Of a DNA stretch of 64,000 nucleotides, positions 53,954 to 64,000 are shown piece after piece; position 1 is the first letter of the stretch, and the number at the start of each line of letters is the position of its first letter. The DNA is from Hamiltosporidium tvaerminnensis FI-OER-3-3 (lineage: Eukaryota > Fungi > Microsporidia): contig CM061250.1 of the NCBI GenBank assembly GCA_022605425.2, positions 744,001-808,000 on the forward strand. The letters run 5' to 3'. Below the pieces are notes generated by a model. It searched no databases. It was not told the origin of the DNA and worked only from the letters and a program-made list of their open reading frames with translations. The position numbers and the translations under genes were made by a program.

Positions 53954-56900
53954 TTAAGACCACATCTCTACCAATATATTTTCACCTTCTCCTCCTTTCC
54001 CTTTAATCCTTTCCAACACTCCTTCTCTAATACGTTCTTTACATTCAATTTTACCTAAAAATTTATAAATACGACTGTCCATATTTTTAAAAACACATTC
54101 TACAACAATCATTCCATAAATACTTTCTTTCTTACAAATTTCATTCAAAACTTTTTCTGCTACTTTTTGTACTTCCAAGTTTGAATCAATCAAACACTGA
54201 GAAATAATATCACAATATCCTTTAATCTTTAATATTTCATTATTAACTAAATAATTAATAACTAAAAGACAATTCTTTCTAATTACAGATACAGTGTCTG
54301 ATAATAGTGTATAGAGAAGATATACATGGTTTTCTATAAGTGAGTTATAAATTATTATATAATCTGCAAATGCAACAAGAGCATTGTTTCTGACTAAAAA
54401 ATTTTTATGAGATAACGAATTTATAAAAAAAGGTAAATTTGATAAAAATAGTTCTGAACTGACTGTCATGCATTTGAAGAGTGTAAGATGTGCTGTGTTT
54501 ATGAAATGTGTGGTGTATGGTGTTTCTGGTAAATTTTGGTGGTTTTTTATTATTTTTAATATTTTTTTTATAAATTGGTTGAGAAATACGTTTTCTCCAA
54601 AAAATATTTCTTTTTCTTTTAAATAGAAAATTAAATCTTCTAAATATTCTGGTATTTCGTTTGTTGGTTTTTTACGCTGTATACTTTTTCTTCTTCTTGT
54701 TAGATCAGGATCTATAAAACTCATATTTTCTTCCATAAAAGAAGCACTTAGGATTGATAGGTTAGGATCTAGAATTGTACTGTTGTTAAGGGGGTGTTGT
54801 TCTATATAGTTGTTATTAAGAGGGTGTTGTTCATTAGTACTATTAGTAAGAGGGTGTTGTTCATTAGTACTATTAGTAAGAGGGTGTTGTTCATTAGTAC
54901 TGTTACTAACAACGTCTTGTTCATTAGTACTATTACTAACACCCTCTTGTTTAACTGTACTGTTGTTAACACCTGTTGTATTACTAGTACCTCTTAGCTT
55001 ACCGTCAGTACTGTTATTAACACCCATACCCTTTATTTTACTATCATTGGTAATAACACCTTCAATATATTTACTATGCTTTATACTAACACTTCCTATT
55101 ATATAAAGAATTTTTAAACTATCACTTTCTTTCTTAACAAGCCAATTTAAAGCTTTCTTTACATACTTTTCAGGACATTCAGACTTATAAATTACACAAA
55201 GTGTTAAATCAACAACTTGATAATCAAAAAAGTTCATTTTATACAAATTCTTAGAAACAAGAACCAACGTTTCTTCATTTATGCATGGTAAATGCATAAA
55301 CATACGTAAAATATTTTTATAAACGCATAAATTTGCATAAAGAGACGAAACATCAGCAGAAGAAAAAAGTACTTTCGATATTTTTACAACCAAAATACCA
55401 TAACAATCCACCAACAAATTAGGTTTAGAATAAACAAAAACAGAAAGTAAATACGTCAATTCAAAGAAACTCCTATCAAAGCACAAATTCAAATTTTCAT
55501 TTTTTTCTAAAATTTTTTTACATTCATTTATCAGATAAGATATCACTCGTGTATTAACACCTCTTATTTCCCTAATAACATTTTCTAACCAATAACACCC
55601 CCCTTCACCAACAAACCCACTTAAAAATTCAACAATTTGAAAATTACTTTTTTCCTGTAAAAGTTTATTCAACGCTCCAATTATTTTTTTATTTTCTTTA
55701 AAATTTTGTAATTCTCTAAACAGAACACCATACGTAAATTTAACTGATTTAGTATAATTACTCAGTAATTCTAACAAACACAAAATATCCTCAATTTCTG
55801 GTTTCAAAGTACAAAGTAAAATATAATTTATATTTGGTAACACACTTACTGATATAAAATCTATTAACCAACCCTCAACAACACCTCCCATATTTTTTAT
55901 ATTTTTTAAAATATTTATAAAAAATAAAATTGCCTTTTTTCTTACCACCACAGTCCTATCCTTAATTCTCTCACATATTCTAATCATATATTCTTTACAT
56001 AGTAATGAATAAGGAATATAACAGAATATAGAAATTACCTTAGAACGAATAAGAAAATTTGTATCATGAAGAGACTCATAAAGAATTTGTAAATAGTGAT
56101 AAGTATTATCTGATATATTATCTTTTGTTATATCTTCTGTTATAGTATCGTTTATAGTATTATCTTCTGTTATATTATTATTTATTTTATTACCTACTTC
56201 ACTCTTACTATCTATCCTATCATCTATCTTACTATCATACTATCTATCCTATCATCTGTATCATCTACTATCTCACTTTCCTTATTAAAACACTTTTTAT
56301 TTCCAATTTTAATTTTTAATTCTTCATATACACATTCCAAATAACATCCTCTCAAAGAACAATTTTCACTAAATTTTAAATCTTCCAAATCCTTAATACA
56401 AACAAGTTGGTGACAAATTAAAGAAGGAAGAAGTAAACACATATTTTTAATAAAAATATTATTTGAAGTATTAAAAAGATAAGAAATAATAAAATTAAAA
56501 GATAAAAATGGTAAATTAAGTAATAAATCTAAAACAAGAGAAAAAGATTTTTCATGTCCAAGTAAAGATACAATGTGTGTTATTATAGTGTCATTGATAT
56601 TTTCATTACTTTGTATATAGGTTATCAGTTTTTGCTGACATAGAATTCTTAGCTCATAATCACCACCAGTAGTCTTATTACTTACCTTACTTGCCTTATT
56701 TACATTGTTACTTACTATACTACCATCTATATTACCATCTATATTCCGATTTATACTACCGTTTATACTACCATCTAATGTACGCTCTAATATACAAAAT
56801 ATAATTTTTGGGAGAAATATGTCTGTCTTAGTTATAGATATAATATATTGGAATGCTTTGATATTTGTGGGTGGTAGTTTGTGACATAGAAGTAGTAATG

Positions 56901-57003
56901 TGTCTGGGTTATAGTTTTCTTTAAGGTATGTTAGTGTTTCTGTGTGTTTAGATGAAATTGTTAGATTTTTTAGAAGTGAATTTATTTCTTGTGAGGAATT
57001 CAT
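53954..57003 (-). CDS. YCS4: Condensin complex subunit 1 (Cnd1/Ycs4/CAP-D2), one frameshift at ~56240
   Basis: HEAT-repeat character (LHDTNFLIRSKVI, RIKDRTVVVRKKAI) and a C-terminal Cnd1 domain (LFKCMTVS, VRNNALVAFAD, LSDTVSVIRKNCL, NEILKIKG). ORFs 56224..57003 and 53954..55987 join through an open frame after a shift inside a D/S/N-rich insert. CCC motif before the ATG. Confidence 0.8.
54776..55030 (-). repeat. In-frame 30-nt coding minisatellite (NSTNEQHPLT / NSTVKQEGVS)
   Basis: Units of AATAGTACTAATGAACAACACCCTCTTACT and G-variants inside Cnd1. Confidence 0.9.
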
Positions 57004-57049
57004 AAAGGGTTTATAAAAATGTAAAATTAAATGTAGTGGATATATGTAA

Positions 57050-57330
57050 GGTGGAAGTAGAACAGTAATTAGATTTTTAAGTAGAAAAATAGAATAGTAA
57101 GTAGAAGTGTAAGTAGAATATTAAATAGATTATTAAGTAGAAGAGTAAGTAGAATATTGAGTAGATTTTAAATATAATATTAAGTAGAATAGTAATTGGA
57201 TTTTTAAGTAGAAAAATAAGTAGAATATTGAGTAGATTTTAAATATAATATTAAGTAGAATAGTAATTGGATTTTTAAGTAGAAAAATAAGTAGAAGGGT
57301 AAGTAGAATAGTAATTGGATTTTTAAATGG
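57050..57330. repeat. G/A-rich degenerate tandem repeats upstream of Cnd1
   Basis: Repeated TAAGTAGAATA(G/T)T.A..GATTTTTAA units. Confidence 0.8.
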
Positions 57331-57429
57331 ATTGGTAAGGGAAATGAGGTATATATACTATATAAAATATATCTTAGTAAGAAATTCTAAGCTCTATTAT
57401 AAAAAAATTAGGGAAAATGTAAAGAAATA

Positions 57430-60400
57430 TTTATTGATTTAAAATCTGGGTTAATAAAATTTTCCTTTTAAATAATTTCTTCAACCACTTGAATATCTTC
57501 TTCTAAATCCGACTCTTCATTAATATTTATCTTCGGTTCCTTTACAGTGGTTATGCCATCCAAAATAGGGGTAAAATATTTTGTGTATTTTGTGTTTTAA
57601 TATCATCTTCCTGGTTGTCTACTTGCTTCTTTTAAAGGGGGTATTGGTTGCTTATGCATTTCAGCCCTTAAAATAACACTTAATATGCTCCTTCGGCATT
57701 TGATCCAGTATCAAGTCCTCTTCGTCGATCAAAAGAAATTGTTTCGACTGTCTTCTTGAGTACTATGGATTGTATAATGCCTCCTCATTCATGGGTATTT
57801 GCAGTCTCTTAACATATTTCTTAGGGTATTTTGTCACGATACCGTCCCAGGTCATCACATAAGGGATTATATCGACACTATACTTATAAAAAATAGACAA
57901 CTCATTGGCTAGCAGGTCATACTTCCTAAGTTTTTCAGTTTCAACTATTTGAAGTGAATCTTGGGAAGTGATTCCTACTTCAATGAGTGTTATCTTGTTC
58001 TTCTTCTTATCTAAAATAAATATGTCGGGTCATTATTCCGACTTTACACATCAGTTTTTATTCTGGTGTCCACTCTTATCTCTGCATACTCATTATCAAG
58101 AATTCTTGAACTGAGTGACTCCTAATTCGTTTTGAGGACTTAAACTTATATCTATTTAGAAGAAGAAGGTGTAGGCATCTGACCACTTCATTATGCCGTC
58201 TGGTATAGTCATGGCCTAGCATTTTTTCGCATCTAGTTGCTAGATGATCCACAGTCTTACCAGACTTCCCGCAATGTTGACACACACCATCTGCTCCCCA
58301 GAATACATTTCTATCCTGGATATAGCAGAACACAGCTTCATTTCGTGGCCTAATATTTCCTCTCTTTAGCCATCTTGAAGTGTCACTAACACTCACAAGC
58401 TCATTTTTTCTTGCATTATATAACTTTGAATGGAGTTTTCGTTTTTCTATTTCGTTATATAGTTTTGCAAGTTGAGCTTCTTCTAAAATTTTCTTAGTGA
58501 CTTCTTCTACTAACCTATAATTTACTTTTAAGAAGCCTTTTATTAGTGCAAGATGGGTTTTATTATTATTTTCCACCTTGAGGATTGCTGCTCGTCTAGT
58601 TGATATTTCTTTACTTTTTTCCAGACAATCCAAGAGTTGCAGAAGCATATGTTCGCTTTGCAACTCAACACTATGTAAGCCTCTTCCAAGTTCTGTTCTA
58701 GAAAGGTATAAACGCTCTTTACATCTCGGGCGGAGATGTATCTTATTCTTCACCAACACCGCACGGCTGCATCATCTAACTTAGAGAAGTCAGCCGGTTC
58801 AAGTCGAAGTATTCCTATGTGGTAGTTGATGAATGATATTGCATGTTGATTGATTGCAGAAAATAAATTTTTTGCATTTAATCTAGTGTGACAAAGGCTT
58901 GCAACCCTTTGATATAAGTTTGCTCTGTACTTCTTCAAATGAGCTACGTGTTGTGATTCCTCTGCTATCTTCTATTATTCCTAAATATTTGTAAACACTA
59001 ACACCTTCTAGAAGATTAGCAGGATCTTCACAACACTTATCATTTGTGGCTGACTTCTCTTTGTTAATCTCTAAGCCAATCACCTCTAAAAATTCCTTTG
59101 CCTCGCCTGTCATAGCACTCAATGTGGAGCTGTCTTTAGCAAGGAGCTTAAGATCATCAATAAACAAGAGATGATTAGTAGAATGGGATTCTGCATCTGT
59201 TTGTATTGTCACCTTTGTGTATTTCTCATTAAGCTTTCGGCTTAATAGATCCATACACAATACAAACAACAATGGTGACAAACTATCTTCTTGCGGAATC
59301 CCTCTCTCAATCTTCTTGCTCATGATTTTTTCAGGCCCTACTGATATATCAATTTTCCATTTTGATATAATTACCTTGATAAATTTCAGGATCTAATCAG
59401 GTAAATTAAAGTTTTCAATGCATTGAGTTAAATAAGCATGATCTATTGAATCATAGGCTTTTTTAACATCAATCCATGTTGCCTTAAGATTATTTCCATA
59501 CTCTTTATTTAAAGCAATATTCAGTAGAGCCTGCTCTTTCGCTCCCTGCACACCTCTTACCGCCCCTAGTTGGTTCTCTGCAAGCAACCCTCGCCTTTCC
59601 ACTTCAAGTTGAACGACCTTTGTTACACACTTTGTCGTTAACTTATAGAGGTTGGACATACAAGTGATTGGCCTGTAGTCAGAGCCTCTTCGTGGAATTC
59701 CTTTCGGTATCAAATACGTAAGCCCGCAGTAAAACCAATCAGCTTGAGGTGTTCCTTCTAAACAAATAACTTTCACAATATCATAAAGATATTTGTGAAG
59801 AGTTGTAAGTTTCTTAATGAAAAAATTGTAAATACCATCAATTCCAGCAGCTTTCCAATTAGGGAGCCAATTAATGATACTTACAAATCATCGAGTGAAG
59901 GAAACATACTAGGATGATTATCTGATACAAATGGAATATAATAATTATATATGTAACTGTTTCATCATTTTTGTTCCAAATTGTAGACCAAAAACTCACA
60001 ATTTCATCACGGCTAACCACATGCTCGGATTCCACACGCTCAGATAACCCACGATAAAATCGACCTCGGTAAAGCTCAAACATACGATTCTCTGTTCGGA
60101 ATTGCTTCCTACTTTCATGCATCGTAATTTTTTTCTCGTAAACATTCAAAGACTCATTCTTCTTAACTAAAGCCTCAGAAAGATCAGTTACGCTGCTCAA
60201 GTTTAAATTAAACTCTCTCTGAATTTACTTAAGGCTCTTCGTTTCCTAAGTGGAGAGCTTTTCCTGCTTACGAGCCTTCTCTAGAAGATCTTTGGAAAGT
60301 ACTAACTTAGAAATTTTACTTTCTATGTTTTCCTTCCAAGCGGATCTAGGCTTCTCTTTAGGTGTTGCCTAGTCATAGCATACCTGTGCTGCCTGGATTA

Positions 60401-61187
60401 TCCGTGCCACTGCAGTTATCGTCATCGGCACACAAGAATCAGCATACTCACCGATAATTCGATTAATAAGGTCCAAAACTTTACTGTCAACCAATTCACT
60501 TGGAAGCTTTCTAGTTCAGACTACCACTTTTCTAATTTCGTTCTCCGAGAATTCTTTGATTTTACTCAAAAATTTATCTCTCAGGTTTATGTACTCCGTG
60601 GTGTCAGTCAGGGTGCATGGCTCAGTGAGAAAAGTGGCGATTCTACGTCGCTCTCCATTCTCTTCTTGCCTCATTTCCTTTTCTGCCTCATTTTGTGCGA
60701 GTTTTTTAAACGCATCGATATCTAGTGTGCAGCTAAATTTTTCATTATAGTACCTCAGAGTAGCGGGCCAGCCATTTCTGGGCCTTCTCTCAAACCTCTT
60801 TTGCACTGCTAGAATAGCAGATCTGGGGCATCCCTGCTCTACGACTGTGACAGAGTCAAGTATTGTGTGCAATACCATCAGTCTATTCCCTTCTAGAAGG
60901 GCATCTTTATTGAGGTTTGTCATGCCGTTAGCTGGTTCAAACGCAGTGGCATCGGTACCAGAAGACGAGGGTATGGTTTCAACCAAGCAGACTGGACTAG
61001 TCTGGCAACTACTGCTTGGTGGTTGGTGGGTGGTGTCCTGGAAGGTTGGTAGAGGTGGAAGTCTCTCGGATAACATTGCTACATCTACATCACACATAAA
61101 AATCTCTCCTGGGCTTTTCAAGTTTTTTACAGCCTTTATTTTTTCATTTTTTATATTTTCGCTGTCTACTTTTTTCCTTCTACCCAA
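57430..61187 (-). mobile_element. RLE-type (R4/Dong-like) non-LTR retrotransposon, near full length, inactivated
   Basis: RT motifs (NWKAAGIDG, YRPITCMSNLYK, WIDVKKAYDSIDH, RGIPQEDSLSPLLF, HLLFIDDLKL, YKYLG), CCHC knuckle CQHC..TVDHLATRC, RHNEVV and a PD-(D/E)xK-type endonuclease region. The single ancestral ORF (~61187 to stop 57468) is now broken by stops and frameshifts. Confidence 0.93.
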
Positions 61188-61189
61188 AA

Positions 61190-63355
61190 TAATGGTAGAT
61201 AATAATAGTAAGAATAATAATATACCTAAATCTAACATTAAGTAATTCTATTACTAATAATAGTAATAATACTATTTCTAACCCTAAACAATACTAACAA
61301 TAATACAACAAATAATAGCAATACTACCCCATCACCAACAATCTTACTTACAATAATATTATTCATCTCCCTCTTAAAGTAGGTAAAGAGACTGAGTCTG
61401 TATTCTCTGATACTTTTCTTACTAACACCTCTTTAGTAGTAAATGCTTTAGGTAATATAGAAGCTAGACTGTATGTAGATAAAAGTGTATTACGAATAAA
61501 ATACCTTTATTTGAAAGTGGGACTTTAGGTACTAAAGGTAATGTACAAGTAGTAATACCTTATAAGACAGAGAGATATAGTAGTAGTAGAGATCCACCTG
61601 ATAAGAGTATACCGTTATGTACTATACGTAATTTTCCTCATTGTATTGAACAAACTATAGAATGAGCATTGAGTGAGTTTAAGAGTAATTTTGAAGCGAA
61701 GATTATTGGTATAAGTGAGTATATAAAGGGTGATAATTATAAGGATAGTAAATTAGAGGGTGATAATGACAGTAGTAGTAATTATAGGGGTGTTGATTAT
61801 GGGATAGTAATTATAAGGGTAATAGTTATAAGTATATGGGACAAGACCCTGTTAGTAGTAGTACTAATAAACAAGACCCTGTTAATGACAGTACTGATAA
61901 ACAACACCCTGTTAATAATACTACTAATAAACAAGACCCTGTTAATGACAGTACTAATAAACAAAACCTTCTTAATACTATCCCATCTAACACCCCACAT
62001 ACTACTATCCCTACCCATCATAATCTTAGTTCTGAGAGTGATGCTATTGGTGAGGATATAAGGGTGCTAGTAAGTAGTATACCTAAGAATATATATGAAT
62101 GTGTAAGAGAAGGTGTTATTCTATTTAATAAGTATTTTTATATAAATATTAAGACACTTATAGAAACATTTCCAGTTGGACATGTAACAGGAGAAGGACA
62201 ACCTTTTTGGGTACCGCCTAAGAGACCACCTGTACCCCTTATTTTTAATATGGATGATTGTTTACATGTGTTGTTTGTACAGAGTTATTGTAGGGTTATA
62301 AGTAGTGTGTATGGGATAAAGGGATTAGAAAGGGAGGGAGAGGGTAATGGAGAAGGTGTTGGTTATAAGGAGGTAAAGGATATAATAAGAGAGGGGATGT
62401 ATGACAAGGGTATGTTAGAGGGTGTTAATGATAAGGGGAGTAATATAAAGGGTGTTAGTAACCGCCCTAATAAACAACACCCTCTTAATAACCGTCTTAA
62501 TAAACAACACCCTCTTAATAACAGTAGTAATGAACAACACCCCTTTAATCACCAACCAAATACCGTAGCCCCTAACACCCCCTCTAATAACAATACTGAT
62601 AATATAATTACTCTTCACCCGTTACTCTTGAAAAGGATAATGACAGTAATGGTCATATAGATTTTATATATGCATGTGCTAATTTAAGAGCACGTAATTA
62701 TAAAATAAAAGAAGTATCTAAATTAACAGTAAAAGGTATAGCAGGTCGTATAATACCAGCAATAGCAACTACTACATCTGTTATATCAGGGTTATGTGTT
62801 TTAGAAATGATTAGATATGTTTTATATGGTAATGGGTATAAGAATTGGTATGTTAATTTAGGGCTTTCATTTATAGGGGGTACAGATGTTATTGAGGCAG
62901 AGAAGATGGAATGTGGGATGGTTAGGTGTGATAGTAGGGAGGGGGGTGTTAATGATAGAGATAGATTAGAGGGTGTTAATGATAGAGATAAGCTAGAGGG
63001 TGTTGATTATGGTACTAATACCTTACACCCTGTTAATAATCATACTACTTCTTTTACTCTTTGAAATAGCTTTGTTTTTGGTGACTGTAAATTATCTGAA
63101 ATATTAAAATATTTTAAAAGGGTGTGGAATGTAGATATAAGTATGGTAACAATAAGAAATACTGTTGTGTTTTGTACGTTTTATGATAATGATAGGTTTA
63201 AAAATAATTTAGAAAAATTTATAAGTGAATTATGTTGTAAGAAAGAAGGTGATGGTGTTATTTACTGTGGTGTGGAGTGTTTGTTTGATATTGATAGTTA
63301 TAACGTTCCTGAGGTTGTTGTTGATTTTAGGAGAGAGAGAAGGGGGAGGTATTAG
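61190..63355 (+). pseudogene. UBA1: Ubiquitin-activating enzyme E1, 3' half only, disrupted
   Basis: [41 protein letters not shown], catalytic [54 protein letters not shown] and a UFD-like end. Two TGA codons at Trp positions (~61663, ~63062), at least three frameshifts, and no N-terminal half. Confidence 0.88.
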
Positions 63356-63559
63356 GATTGATATGAGAGTTTTAGATATTGGTGGGAGTTTATAGGAAGT
63401 TAATAAGAAAGTTTAATGAATAGATTATGAGATGGTACATGAGGTATGAGATGAGGTATGTGTTAGTTAAAAGCGTTGATTCCTTGGTTCTTCCTTTCTT
63501 TTTTTTAATTTATATCTCAGAGTTTATTATTTCTTTATTTATCTTTTATTTTTTTATGA

Positions 63560-63862
63560 TTTTTACTTATTTTTAGAACTGTGACATGTGTTATATTGTT
63601 TTCATGACATTAGGAAATTCTATGTTTAATATAGATGATTGCTTATACGACTGTAGGGAGGATAACCACATAAAAAACTACTAACTTTTTCGTATGAAAA
63701 AAACCACTCAATTTTGCAGTTCATCTTTCCTCATACAAATTTTATGAAATGGTAAAAGATATAGCCTGTTTATCATTCGTATCAAAAATCCAAACAATAA
63801 TTTCCTTATCACCTATACATACTAGTTACCAGGCAGATACTTTTATATGCAATTGTCCCTCA
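63560..63862 (-). mobile_element. Old, internally deleted copy of the 720-bp SINE-like family
   Basis: 63581-63643 matches one end of the element (GTG.CA.GTGTTATATT.GTTTT.ATGACATTA...TTCTA.GTTTAA.ATA.ATGA.TGCT) and 63783-63862 matches the other (CAAAAATCCAAACAAT...CCA.GCAGA). Confidence 0.7.
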
Positions 63863-64000
63863 TATGCCTTTAAATAAATTATTTTTTTAAAAAGAACTAA
63901 AACATTGATTTCCTACAAAAAGATAAAGTGTCAATATATTAGAAATTCCAAACGAGGAACATATTTATTACGAATAGTAAATTGTTTATTTTATGAATGA

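Noticed and set aside
61188-61238. Signal peptide at the N-terminus of ORF 60516..61238
   Set aside because: The hydrophobic MLDLGILLFLLLLSTII stretch is the antisense of the UBA1 Asn-rich insert. The LINE ORF starts at ~61187 by comparison with the ATG at 32747.
61663-63064. TGA-to-Trp genetic code reassignment suggested by two TGA codons at conserved Trp sites in UBA1
   Set aside because: Other Trp codons in UBA1, MCM4 and the LINE are TGG, the 66-aa ORF appears to end in TGA, and the LINE shows TAG at a likely Trp site. UBA1 also has frameshifts and an NALD-to-NALG change. G-to-A decay of a pseudogene explains it.

Overview
This is very AT-rich eukaryotic DNA that reads as a large-genome microsporidian. 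The genes are compact and apparently intronless, with CCC motifs just before start codons. The QHP(V/L)NNST-type coding repeats resemble Hamiltosporidium, but that genus call is an inference. Three islands of housekeeping genes are present: syntaxin-like SNARE, NTF2-RRM protein, a small UIM-like ORF, MCM4 and TAF11 at about 9.3-19.3 kb; condensin Cnd1/Ycs4 at 54-57 kb; and a 5'-truncated UBA1 at 61.2-63.4 kb. Between them is gene-poor, transposon-rich DNA. Mobile DNA includes a full-length but inactive DD39D mariner, a Ginger2/KRBA-type integrase relic, a ~220-bp RTE-derived short element, and four copies of an RLE-type (R4/Dong-like) non-LTR retrotransposon. There is also a ~720-bp non-coding, hairpin-rich SINE-like family (3 full-length and 2 partial copies) that shares the LINE's ~13-bp target-site duplications (TSDs) and 3' tail. 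The 48.5-51.8 kb homopolymer block is a failed consensus, but it is flanked by a 13-bp TSD and starts with a LINE 3' end, so it probably hides a LINE insertion. The most notable observations are (i) the LINE/SINE pair and (ii) a frame-preserving 30-nt repeat family inside conserved genes that switches from a G-form to a C-form at the nodes of a ~600-bp GC-skew sawtooth.
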